The notes below the pieces were generated by a model, which did not search any database, had not been told where the DNA came from, and saw nothing but the letters and a program-made list of their open reading frames with translations. Made by a program: the position numbers and the translations under genes. A DNA stretch of 46,817 nt from assembly GCA_012514415.1 (NCBI GenBank), contig JAAZAH010000272.1, positions 1 to 46,817 on the forward strand. Direction: 5' to 3'. This DNA comes from Sandaracinaceae bacterium (GTDB lineage Bacteria > Myxococcota_A > Polyangia > Polyangiales > Houyiibacteriaceae). Each line of letters starts with the position of its first letter. Within the stretch, counting starts at the first letter, position 1. Below, one piece after another: positions 36,384-45,543 of this stretch.

Positions 36384-36758
36384 ATGAAGAGAATCATCCA
36401 AGAACGACGTGGAAAGCGCAGCGAAGAGTGCGCGATGGCCCTTCGATATCAGCTTGAGTACAGTCGCGAGCGTGGCCGTCTGGACGCCCTCGTTGTGGCG
36501 GACGATGGCGGACTCCTCGTCGCAAGCGCAGGTGCGGAGGGGCTCTGCGAAGAACTTGGCGCCATGGCCCAAGCCTTCGGGCAGACCTTCATTCCGCCCC
36601 ACGATCTGCCGAGCCTTGAAGGAGGCGAGATCGCCATTCGTCCGCTTCGCATTTGCGGCGAACAGTTCTACCTCGCCTCGCTGGGCGGCGGCGTCGCGCG
36701 CGATGCGATTCTCGAGCGGACAAAGCTCGGCATCAAGCGCATCCTCGACACAAATTGA
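36384..36758 (+). CDS. Hypothetical small protein, possibly Roadblock/LC7-like
   Basis: 124 aa, or 107 aa from ATG 36435. The pattern LDALVVADDGGLLVASAG...EELGAMA...YLASLGG loosely resembles Roadblock/LC7. The family call is weak. Confidence 0.45.
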   Translation: MKRIIQERRGKRSEECAMALRYQLEYSRERGRLDALVVADDGGLLVASAGAEGLCEELGAMAQAFGQTFIPPHDLPSLEGGEIAIRPLRICGEQFYLASLGGGVARDAILERTKLGIKRILDTN

Positions 36759-36833
36759 GCCTCAAACGAGGCGTGCGGAATGGCCATCTTTCTTCGGGCT
36801 CGGTCCGTTCGCCGGGCGTTGAGATAGGCGCAC

Positions 36834-37829
36834 TCAGCGGGGGCGAAAACGCTCGTCGAGGGCGGCCTCGCGTTCTTTGACCGCTGCCTCCGCCTTGCGC
36901 ATGAGCGAAGGAGCGCCGGCCTCAATCAGCTTCTCTGCGAGCTTTTCGCCGAGCAGGCGCGCGGCCTCCACCGGATCCTCTCCGAGCGCGGTTTCAAGGC
37001 TCGCGCGGAGCGATTGACCACCGACGAGATCGCCGACATAGCCGTCGATGCGAAGCACACCTCGCGCTTCATCGAGCCGGGCATGCCCGGCGATCGCTGC
37101 GCGGCAGCTCCCTTCGATACGCCGCAGAAAACGGCGCTCGGCTTCGGTGACGATGCGCGTGCCTGGACATTCGAGCGGAGCGAGAAGCTCAAGCACGTCG
37201 CTTCGGTCGACGGCCGCCTCGATCCCAAGCGTACCTTGTCCCACGGCGGGAAGGGAGAACTCGACGGGTAGGGCGACGAATTTTCGCTCGCGGTCCAGCT
37301 CGAGCCGTCGGATGCCCGCGGCCGCGAGGATGATGGCGTCGAACTCGCCTGCGTCGAGGCGCGAAAGCCGGGTCTGCACATTGCCGCGGAGGGTCCGAAT
37401 CTGCAAATCCGGCCGGCGCTCACGGAGCTGCGCCTCGCGCCGAAGTGAGGTGGTCCCCACAACCGCGCCCTCGGGTAGCGCATCGAAATCGCGCCCATCC
37501 GGCGTGATCAACAGATCGCGCGGATCTTCGCGCTTCGGAAAGCAGACGAGATCAAAGCCTTCCGGAAGATCGGTGTCGCCAGGAACGTCCTTGAGCGAGT
37601 GGACCGCGATGTCGGCCTTTCCCTCGACGACGAGAGCCTCGACTTCGCTGACGAAGAGCCCTTTCCCCCCGATCGCTGCGAGCGGGCGACTCGTCTCTTT
37701 ATCGCCGCGCGTCTCGACCGTGACTTCTTCGATCTCGAGTTCGGGCCGGCGCTTCTTCAGCTCTCCGGCGATGTAGCGGGTCTGAGTGAGAGCGAGCGCG
37801 CTCCTGCGGGTGGCGATGCGCAACTTCAT
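36834..37829 (-). CDS. hemC: Hydroxymethylbilane synthase (porphobilinogen deaminase)
   Basis: 331 aa. The N-terminus MKLRIATRRSALALTQT and the motifs VHSLKDVP and GNVQTRL are present. Its start overlaps the hemA stop. Confidence 0.9.
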   Translation of the reverse strand: MKLRIATRRSALALTQTRYIAGELKKRRPELEIEEVTVETRGDKETSRPLAAIGGKGLFVSEVEALVVEGKADIAVHSLKDVPGDTDLPEGFDLVCFPKREDPRDLLITPDGRDFDALPEGAVVGTTSLRREAQLRERRPDLQIRTLRGNVQTRLSRLDAGEFDAIILAAAGIRRLELDRERKFVALPVEFSLPAVGQGTLGIEAAVDRSDVLELLAPLECPGTRIVTEAERRFLRRIEGSCRAAIAGHARLDEARGVLRIDGYVGDLVGGQSLRASLETALGEDPVEAARLLGEKLAEKLIEAGAPSLMRKAEAAVKEREAALDERFRPR

Positions 37830-39184
37830 CCGTGATCGCCCTCCGACGAGGCGATGCGAAGGCGCTGAAGTGCAGCAAAGGCGCCGCTCTTTTTCGGCTC
37901 GCTCACACTCTCGCCATCCTCCTCGCCTTCGTCGTTTCCTTCGACTTGGAGCGCAAAGAGGCGATGCACGGCTTCGAGAAGGGCGGGATCTTCGGCTCCA
38001 TCCTTCAACTCCTTGAGCGGCGGATGGAGGAGCTTATTGACGATGGACGCGCTCATCCGTTCGAGCAGCTTGCGATCCTCCTCGCTCACACTTGAAAGCC
38101 GCGGCAGCGTGCGGCTGAGCTCATCGCGCACGATGCGCTCGAAGCGGCTGCGAAGCGCGATGATCGTCGGTTTCACGCTTAGACCACGCTTCCACTCGAG
38201 GAAGGATTCGACCTCCTCTTCAAGGATTTTTTCAGCGGCCAAAGTCTCACGCCTCCTTTTGGCGAGGTTCTCATCCGCAACGCTCTTGAGATCGTCGACG
38301 TCGTAGAGAAAGACGCCGTCATAATCGCCGACGCGCGGATCGATATTGCGCGGCACCGCGATATCGATGAGGAAAAGTGGGCGATGTCGCCGTGCGCGGA
38401 TCACGTCGCGCATCAGGTGCTCGTCGAGGAGATATCCGTGGCTTGCGGCGGAGCTGATCACCACATCCGCCTTGAGCAATTCCTCGACGAGGGCGTCGAG
38501 GCTTCGTCCGGCTCCGTCGATCTGTCGGGCGAGTGCTTCGGCCCGCTCGACGCTTCGGTTCAGGATGACGAGGCTTGCGCCCGTCTTTGCGAGGGTCTTG
38601 GCGGCACTTTCACCCATCTCGCCCGCTCCGATGAGAAGCGCGCGTCTCCCCTCGAGCTGGCCAAAGATTTTCTCAGCGAGCTCACACGCGATCGAGCTCA
38701 CACTGACCGTCCCTTCGGCGATGGCGGTCTCGGAACGGACGCGTTTGGCCGCAGCAAAACCCGAGGTAAAGAGGCGCGAGAGGAAGGGCCCGACGGCTTT
38801 GACCTCGGTCGCCGCGTCGAAAGCTTCCTTGAGCTGACCGAGGATCTGCGGCTCTCCGACGACGAGCGAGTCGAGGCTTGAGGCGACCCGAAACGTATGA
38901 TGAACCGCATCGCGGGAGCGCTTTTCGTAAAGATGCGGGAGAAGATCGTCTCCGCCGCGATTGAGGAGGTACGAGCGCGCCTTTTCGACGCCGGCAGGAC
39001 TGCTCAGCGCATAGAGCTCCACCCGGTTGCACGTCGAGACGAGGACCGCCTCGCGAATCTCTTCGCTCTCCAATAAGCGCCTCAGCTCCTCTCCGACCGA
39101 CTGAATCGATGTCGAGAGCCGCTCGCGCTGCTCGACCTTCGCTGTATGATGTGAGAGGCCGAGGACAAAGAGCTCATCGCTCAT
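37826..39184 (-). CDS. hemA: Glutamyl-tRNA reductase
   Basis: The start is taken at ATG 39184 (MSDELFVLGLSHHTAKVEQRE), which overlaps the upstream stop as ATGA. Motifs are VSTCNRVELY and LIGAGEMGE. The longer listed ORF (to 39358) overlaps the upstream gene. Confidence 0.9.
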   Translation of the reverse strand: MSDELFVLGLSHHTAKVEQRERLSTSIQSVGEELRRLLESEEIREAVLVSTCNRVELYALSSPAGVEKARSYLLNRGGDDLLPHLYEKRSRDAVHHTFRVASSLDSLVVGEPQILGQLKEAFDAATEVKAVGPFLSRLFTSGFAAAKRVRSETAIAEGTVSVSSIACELAEKIFGQLEGRRALLIGAGEMGESAAKTLAKTGASLVILNRSVERAEALARQIDGAGRSLDALVEELLKADVVISSAASHGYLLDEHLMRDVIRARRHRPLFLIDIAVPRNIDPRVGDYDGVFLYDVDDLKSVADENLAKRRRETLAAEKILEEEVESFLEWKRGLSVKPTIIALRSRFERIVRDELSRTLPRLSSVSEEDRKLLERMSASIVNKLLHPPLKELKDGAEDPALLEAVHRLFALQVEGNDEGEEDGESVSEPKKSGAFAALQRLRIASSEGDHG

Positions 39185-39984
39185 ACGCCTCCTCCAATCC
39201 TGAGGGCGTATGCGGCGAGCACCGACACCCCGCACGCGAAGCCGATGAGCGTGCCGAGCGCCGCGCGTTTTCCGCGATAGCCTCCGACGAGGCGAAGCAC
39301 GAGCACAAAAGCGAAGACGATCCAAGTGAGGATCCCGATGGTTTGGGTTGAGCCCCAAAACGCGCCACTTCCCGCGCGTGTGATGAATACCGCGCCGGTG
39401 ATGACGCCTGCGGTGAGAAGGGGAAAACCGATCTGCGAGGCGCGCGCGCTCACGTTATCGAGCACCTCGAGGCTCGGAAGCTGCTGGAAGGCGCCGACGA
39501 TGCGCTTTTTTCGAAGGAGATGCTCCTGCACGATGTACGCAAGGGCCGCCGCTGCGGCGAGCGTAAACGCGATGAGTCCCGAGACGTTGAAGGCGATGTG
39601 CACTTGAAGGAGGGCGGAGGCGACCCGCTCGGGGACCTCCGCGACGCCGCGAATGAGCGCCGCTCCCAAGAGGAAGACGAGCGTGATCGGGATGATGAAG
39701 ATGCCGAGTGAGGGGATCTTCTTCCGCTGCTGAATGAGCAGAAGCGCCACGATGACGCCAAGACTGAGCGCAGCGAGCGAACCGTTCAGATCGGCAAGTG
39801 GAGAATGCCTATGTATGTAGTACTCGAATGCGATGTATGCGAGATGAGCGCAAGCGGCGCCGCCAACGAGGATGGCTGAAAGTTTTCTCGCACCGCGATA
39901 CGGACGAAAGACGCTCGCGAGCTCGAGAGTCCACGCCGTCAGGTAGAGCGCGATGGTGATGATGAAGAAGGCAGATACCCACAT
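39181..39984 (-). CDS. Cytochrome c assembly family membrane protein (CcsA/HemX/YpjD-like)
   Basis: 267 aa with about 8 hydrophobic helices. The motifs LPSLEVLDNVSARASQIGFPLLTAGVITG and GGYRGKRAA fit the YpjD/HemX pattern. A position upstream of hemA is typical for this family. Confidence 0.75.
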   Translation of the reverse strand: MWVSAFFIITIALYLTAWTLELASVFRPYRGARKLSAILVGGAACAHLAYIAFEYYIHRHSPLADLNGSLAALSLGVIVALLLIQQRKKIPSLGIFIIPITLVFLLGAALIRGVAEVPERVASALLQVHIAFNVSGLIAFTLAAAAALAYIVQEHLLRKKRIVGAFQQLPSLEVLDNVSARASQIGFPLLTAGVITGAVFITRAGSGAFWGSTQTIGILTWIVFAFVLVLRLVGGYRGKRAALGTLIGFACGVSVLAAYALRIGGGV

Positions 39985-39992
39985 GGCGGGTT

Positions 39993-40388
39993 TCAGGAGA
40001 TGACGAGATGGCGTGCGAGCGCTTCGAGCCCATCTTTAGGCGTGATCTGGCTTAGGGTTCGACGGGCCGATTCCGCAAGCCCCGGATCGGTACTGCCTGC
40101 GAGCCTCCCGATGAAGCCTTCGACGACTTCATAGGCGGACTCGCCGAGGATGACCGAGCCAGGATCGTGCTCACCTCCCTCGCCCTCGATTTCTTGGATG
40201 GACTTCACTTTTCCAAGCCAAGCTTTTTCATCGCCGCCACCGGCCACCTCTTGGACGAGGTGCACCGCGGGTACGAGCTCGACCGCGAGGCCGTAGGGCT
40301 TAAGCGTGATGCGCTCGCCCTCGACATCGATCCGATCTTCAGTCAACCAGCGATCGATGGTCTCTTGAGAGACGAAGATGGGGCTCAT
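39993..40388 (-). CDS. Hypothetical protein
   Basis: I prefer the internal ATG at 40388 (MSPIFVSQETIDRW), giving 131 aa. The listed ORF extends to 40469. No family is recognised. Confidence 0.45.
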   Translation of the reverse strand: MSPIFVSQETIDRWLTEDRIDVEGERITLKPYGLAVELVPAVHLVQEVAGGGDEKAWLGKVKSIQEIEGEGGEHDPGSVILGESAYEVVEGFIGRLAGSTDPGLAESARRTLSQITPKDGLEALARHLVIS

Positions 40389-40478
40389 GGCTCGCCTCGT
40401 TTGCGAAGGGGAAAAGGGGAAGAGGTAAGAGGAGACTAGCACGCGGCGTCCTTGGCCGGTAGCCAGCATCGAAAAGCC

Positions 40479-41273
40479 CTAGACGATGGTGTAGCCGCCA
40501 TCGACGACGAGGTTCGCACCCGTCAGATAGCTCGAGGAGGGCGAAGCGAGGAAGAGGATCGCGCTCTTGAGCTCGTCGGGGCTGCCGACGCGGCCGAGCG
40601 GGATTTGGGACGAGAGGCGGTCGACGAGCGCCTTCGGTGCCTCGGGCCGCGGAAAAGCACCGGGTGATAGGGCGTTGACGCGGATGGACTCTTTCGCCAG
40701 ATGAACGGCGGCGTGGCGCGTGAACTGAAGGAGGGCGGCTTTCGATGCGCCGTAGAACGATGGATTCTGGAGTTCGGGAGCGTCGTAGTTGAGCGGATTG
40801 GGGCTTACAATCCCATACATCGACGCGATGTGGATGACGCTTGGGGAGCCGCCGCGCGCGCGCGCTTGACGAAGATAGGGAAGGGCGGCGTGGAGGAGGC
40901 GATGGGCGGAGACGACGCTCAGCTCGATGCCTTCGATAAAATCCGCGCGCTCGGATGCGTGAAAGGCGCCTGAGCGCGGTCGGTGTGCGTTATGGACGAG
41001 GACATCGAGGCGCCCGGCTTCTTCACCCGCTTCGTGTACCGCGTCCTCGATCTTGCCCTCGTCTCGAAGATCGAAGGCGAGCGCTTTTACCCGGTAGCCC
41101 GCGCTGATGAATCGCTTCTCGAGAGCCTCGAGCCGCGCGATATCGCGTCCGCCGAGATAGACCATTGCCCCGGCCTCCGCGAGCGCCTCGCTCATGGCCT
41201 CACCGAGATAACCAGAGGCGCCCGTAATCAGCGCAACGCGACCTTCGAGGCTGAAGTACTTTTCGACGCTCAT
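40479..41273 (-). CDS. Short-chain dehydrogenase/reductase (SDR)
   Basis: The start ATG at 41273 (MSVEKYFSLEGRVALITGASGYLGEAM) overlaps the upstream stop as ATGA. The catalytic motif YGASKAAL is present. Confidence 0.85.
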   Translation of the reverse strand: MSVEKYFSLEGRVALITGASGYLGEAMSEALAEAGAMVYLGGRDIARLEALEKRFISAGYRVKALAFDLRDEGKIEDAVHEAGEEAGRLDVLVHNAHRPRSGAFHASERADFIEGIELSVVSAHRLLHAALPYLRQARARGGSPSVIHIASMYGIVSPNPLNYDAPELQNPSFYGASKAALLQFTRHAAVHLAKESIRVNALSPGAFPRPEAPKALVDRLSSQIPLGRVGSPDELKSAILFLASPSSSYLTGANLVVDGGYTIV

Positions 41274-43054
41274 CGCTCGCTCCTTTGACGCGTTGCAGCC
41301 GCCGGATTTTCGGAGATTTTCCATTTCGAGGGATCGAGAAGGCTCTCGGGAAGCCGCCCAAAATGTGAGCGGAGCGCCTTCACCTCCGACAGACTGAGCG
41401 GCGGCTCGCAAAAAGCGAGGAGGATTTCCTCGAGCTGAGCGCGCGTCTCGGCGCCGATCACCAGCGCGTCGATTCGCGAAAATGCCCGCATGAAACGTAT
41501 GGCGAGGTTGAGGCGGCTCTTGGAGCGCGTCATCTCAACGGCTTCATCGAGTTTTTGGCTGACAGCGCGTAACACCTCCTCCGAGGCTCCCGCCATGCGG
41601 GGGAGCGCTCCCTCCCTCATCAGCACGAGACCCTGAAGAAAGACGCTCCGGGCGACCAGTTTGACCTGCGGGCGCGTCGAAGCCTCCCGGACGAAGCTAT
41701 CGAAGCGTGCATCGAGGAGGTTCATTGGAAATTGAATCTCGCCGATCGCTTCGTATCGAAGCGCCGCAAAGGCTTCTTCGGGCGACTGAACCGAGACGCC
41801 GAGGTGCCGAAAATAGCCGTCGCGCTGAAGGGCCCGAAACCGTTCGAGTCCGGCTCCGTCAAGGCGCTCGAGATCATGAAAACGATGAAATAGGAGGCTC
41901 TCGATCCGTGGCTTTTGGAGCGCGTGGAGTGAATGAAAGAGGCTCAGCTCGGCGCGCAACGCGAGCGCTTCGTCGGTATCTCCTCTCCGTGCGCTTGGCT
42001 GCTCATTAAGCGGCGCAATCTTGGTCGCGATGGGGAGCTCGAGTGCGGGATCCGAGGAAAAGACCTCTGCGATCCTCGTTTCTGCATCGCCATACACGCG
42101 CGCGGTATCGATCCCACTTGCGCCCGCTCGAAATGCTGTCTCGAGGATGGCGCGGCATTCCGAACGATTGGGGCGCCCGGTTTGGTTGGCGATGCCATAA
42201 TCGAGGCCGAGTTGTGCGGTCCCCAGCATGAGGCGTGGGCGATCACGCGGGAGGAGAACACGGGGCGCGGCGAGATCGATCTCGCGAAGGCGTTCGATGA
42301 GTTCGTCAAGCGAAGCTGCGACCGGATCGTCGATCCCTTGAAAGACGCGGAGCATGCGTTCGTAGTCTCTTGCAGAGTCGATCGTCGCGCGGAGTGCGCC
42401 TGGGTGCGGAAGCGGGCTCCGATCGACGGCGTTTCTTTCCTTCTCCGCCGGCGCGAGGTGGGTCGTCGGGTGGAGTGTCGCATCGCCCACGGCGCGGCGA
42501 ATCCAAGGCGTGATGTGCTCACGATCGTGCGGGTCGACGGCAAAATGAGCCGCCTCTCGAAGGCGCTCTACCCGAAAGATCTCGGCCGATACGCCGTATG
42601 GAAGGCGCGAGCGCTCGGCATCGATGCGGAGATAATCGAGTGTTCGCGCTTCGCTCTCCCGAACGAGCCTCTCGAGGAGCTCCCCGTCCGGCAAGGGGTT
42701 GTCGCCCGTGATGCGAATGATCCAATCGTCATCGCGGAGCGGCCGAGCGGCAGCCTCGAAGCGTGCGAGGGGATCGTCGAGATCACCGCGGAAGACCTCG
42801 ATGCCTTCGCCTTTGAAGAGGGCGGAGAGCGCATCGTCGCTCGGCTCGTCGCTGGTGGTCAGAAGGAGCGGACGATCGCGATTCATCGCCCGTTTTGCCA
42901 CAAGGAGCGCGAGGGGCATTCCGCCGATGGGAAGAAGCGCCTTCATCGGCAGACGCGAGGAGGAGGATCGCGCTTGAAGAAAAATGATGATGCGTGCGCC
43001 AGAGCTCACAGTTGATACATCCGCTTTTCCCACGCTTGGTTCACGCTTCTTCAT
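41270..43054 (-). CDS. Fusion protein: N-terminal SpsF-like cytidylyltransferase plus C-terminal aldo/keto reductase
   Basis: 594 aa. The N-terminus IIIFLQARSSSSRLPMKALLPIGGMPL is SpsF/CMP-sugar-synthetase-like. From about residue 270, LMLGTAQLGLDYGIAN and GIDTARVYGDAE are aldo/keto-reductase-like. Confidence 0.75.
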   Translation of the reverse strand: MKKREPSVGKADVSTVSSGARIIIFLQARSSSSRLPMKALLPIGGMPLALLVAKRAMNRDRPLLLTTSDEPSDDALSALFKGEGIEVFRGDLDDPLARFEAAARPLRDDDWIIRITGDNPLPDGELLERLVRESEARTLDYLRIDAERSRLPYGVSAEIFRVERLREAAHFAVDPHDREHITPWIRRAVGDATLHPTTHLAPAEKERNAVDRSPLPHPGALRATIDSARDYERMLRVFQGIDDPVAASLDELIERLREIDLAAPRVLLPRDRPRLMLGTAQLGLDYGIANQTGRPNRSECRAILETAFRAGASGIDTARVYGDAETRIAEVFSSDPALELPIATKIAPLNEQPSARRGDTDEALALRAELSLFHSLHALQKPRIESLLFHRFHDLERLDGAGLERFRALQRDGYFRHLGVSVQSPEEAFAALRYEAIGEIQFPMNLLDARFDSFVREASTRPQVKLVARSVFLQGLVLMREGALPRMAGASEEVLRAVSQKLDEAVEMTRSKSRLNLAIRFMRAFSRIDALVIGAETRAQLEEILLAFCEPPLSLSEVKALRSHFGRLPESLLDPSKWKISENPAAATRQRSER

Positions 43055-43161
43055 GAAAAGGCGTTGATCGGTGCGGGCCTAGAGCGTACATGGATTAGCT
43101 GCGTCAAGTGGAATTTTATCCTAAAGTTAAGACGGCGGACGATAGGTAAAGGAGACCCAGC

Positions 43162-44838
43162 GTGTCGAATCAGGGAACACTACTGAGTTATGTGTACAAG
43201 CTCGAGAAGGAGCGTAAGGACGATCTTTGGTTCACGTAGCCGATGGGTGATGGAACGCTGAAGACGTATACCTTTGGCGAGGCGATCGACGAGATCCGCC
43301 GGATGGCGGCGCATCTGAAGAGCCTGAACTTCCCCGAGGGCAGCAATATCGCCCTTTGCTCAAAGAACTCGGCTTGGTGGATTATGGCCGATATCGCCAT
43401 CTGGATGGCGGGCCATGTCACGGTTCCCATTTTCCCGACGCTAACGGATACGAGCGTTCGCTACATCCTCGACCACTCCGAGGCGAAGTTGCTCTTCGTC
43501 GGTAAGCTCGACGATTGGCACATCATGAAGGACGGCGTCCCCGAGGCACTTCCCATGATCGAGACGCCCCTTGGACCGAAGAGCGGCGCGGAGGCGTGGG
43601 AAGACATTGTCGCGCGGACCGAGCCGCTCGAGGGCGAGCCGGAGCGCGATCCCAAATCGCTCGGCACCATCGTCTATACCTCTTGAAGCACCGGAACGCC
43701 GAAGGGCGTCATGCTGAGCTTCGAGGCGATGCGTATCGGTGGCGAGGGCTTCGCAAAAACGCTCGAGCTCACCAAAGAGAGCCGGATGCTCTCGTACCTT
43801 CCACTCGCGCACGTCTTTGAGCGCGCCTGCGTCGAGGCGACCAGCATTGTCGTTGGCTTCCCTCTTTATTTCGCAGACTCCCTCGATACCTTCGTCGAGG
43901 ACCTTAGGCGCGCGCGGCCCACGGCGTTCATTTCGGTCCCGAGGCTCTGGCTCAAGTTCCAGGCCGGTGTCTTCGAGAAGATGCCGCCGAAGCGCCTCGA
44001 TCTCCTCCTCAAGATCCCCATCATCAATAAGATCATCCGCAAGAAGGTCCTTGAGGGACTCGGTCTCGATCAGGTGGTCGTCGCGGGAACGGGCTCCGCG
44101 CCTACGCCGCCCGAGCTCATCGAGTGGTACCGTAAGCTCGGCCTGATGCTCGGTGAGGGCTACGGGATGAGCGAGAACTTCTCGTACTCGCATGCGAACG
44201 AGCTCGACGATATCCGAGTCGGCTATGTGGGCAAGGATCAGCCGGGCGTCACGACGCGGATCAGCGAGATCGGCGAGATCGAGATCAAGAGCCCGACGGC
44301 CATGATGGGCTACTACAAGAACGAAGAGGCGACGCGCGAAGCCTTCACCGAAGACGGCTTCTTCAAGACGGGCGATCGCGGCGAGATTGACTCCGAGGGT
44401 CGCCTTCGCATCACGGGGCGGGTCAAGGAAATCTTCAAGACGAGCAAGGGGAAATACGTTTCGCCCGCGCCCATCGAGTCCGAGCTTCTCACCCATCCGC
44501 TCATCGAGCAGGCCTGCGTGAGCGGATCGGGCTTCCCGCAGCCCTTCGCGATGATCGTGCTGACAGAGGACGCGCAGCGCCGCGTAAAGGGTCCCGAGAA
44601 GGCGGAGATCGAAGCACAGATCCTCGCGCATGTCGATGAGGTGAACGCGAAGCTCGATCCGCACGAGCAGCTCAGCTTCGTGACGATCGTCAACGAGCAG
44701 TGGACGATCGAGAACGAGCTCCTCACCCCGACGATGAAGCTCCGCCGCTCGGCGGTTGAGGATCGCTACCTCGGCAATGCCGAGCGCTGGGCGGCCTCCC
44801 GCCAGAAGGTGATTTGGGAAGAGGCGCCTGCGTCGTGA
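43162..44838 (+). pseudogene. Long-chain acyl-CoA synthetase (AMP-binding family) interrupted by two in-frame stop codons
   Basis: GTG 43162 is preceded by AAAGGAG. A single reading frame runs to 44838 with TAG at 43237-43239 and TGA at 43684-43686. The TGA falls inside the AMP-binding motif, read as IVYTS*STGTPKGV. The downstream motifs GEGYGMSE and FKTGDRGEIDSEGRLRITGRVKEIFKTSKGKYVSP are intact. Confidence 0.8.
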
Positions 44839-45536
44839 GCGAGTCGCCGCGCGTCGATCTGATCCTCTCAAGTGGATTTTTAGGCTTCGCGCGGCATCTC
44901 GGATTTTTGCGCGGTGTCGAGGAAGCAGGGCTCGCGCCGGGAGCCGTCCTCGGTACGAGCTCCGGCGCCGTGATCGGCGGGCTCTATGCGGCGGGGCATT
45001 CGGTGAACGCGATCGAAGCGATGATCGAGGAATTTCGGCGACCGATCCTGCGCCTCGGCTTCGCACGGAATCCGCTCCGTGGTCTGTTTTCGCTGGGTCG
45101 TCTCGTCGAATTCCTCGAGGCTCATGTTCCGGCAAGGTTCGATCAGCTCGAACTTCCTTTTGCCGTCGGTGTAACCGATGCCCGTGGAGCGCATCGCCTC
45201 ATCACAAGCGGACCGCTGCCACAGGCGATCGCTGCGAGCTCCGCGATCCCGCGCGTCTTTCAGCCCATCGCGGTCGATGGCGAGCTTTGCGTCGACGGGG
45301 GCGTCTGCGATCGGGTGGGCGTGAGGGCCTACGATCGCTGGCGAGACGGGCATGATCCCTTGATCCACCGCATCCTTCCTTCGCTTGGACGCGAGCTTCC
45401 CGGAGCGCTCCTCGGGCGCCGCGTGATCGAATCACCGCGTTCGCGAGCGAACCTTTTTTCGCTCGGAAATTTCCGGGCCGAGGCCGAGGAAAGCTACCGC
45501 ATCACGGCGGAGCGCCTCCAAACCGTACTCGGTTGA
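44835..45536 (+). CDS. Patatin-like phospholipase
   Basis: GTG 44835 overlaps the upstream stop as GTGA; an alternative ATG lies at 44814. The motifs GTSSG (GxSxG nucleophile) and VDGG (catalytic Asp) are present. Confidence 0.75.
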   Translation: MSESPRVDLILSSGFLGFARHLGFLRGVEEAGLAPGAVLGTSSGAVIGGLYAAGHSVNAIEAMIEEFRRPILRLGFARNPLRGLFSLGRLVEFLEAHVPARFDQLELPFAVGVTDARGAHRLITSGPLPQAIAASSAIPRVFQPIAVDGELCVDGGVCDRVGVRAYDRWRDGHDPLIHRILPSLGRELPGALLGRRVIESPRSRANLFSLGNFRAEAEESYRITAERLQTVLG

Positions 45537-45543
45537 GTCAAGG

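Noticed and set aside
43684-43686. TGA read as Gly (genetic code 25) or as selenocysteine
   Set aside because: TGA is plainly used as a stop elsewhere in the window, including several ATGA and GTGA coupled junctions. The second interruption is a TAG, which neither mechanism explains. The position is a structural P-loop Gly, not a redox site, and I see no SECIS-like hairpin.
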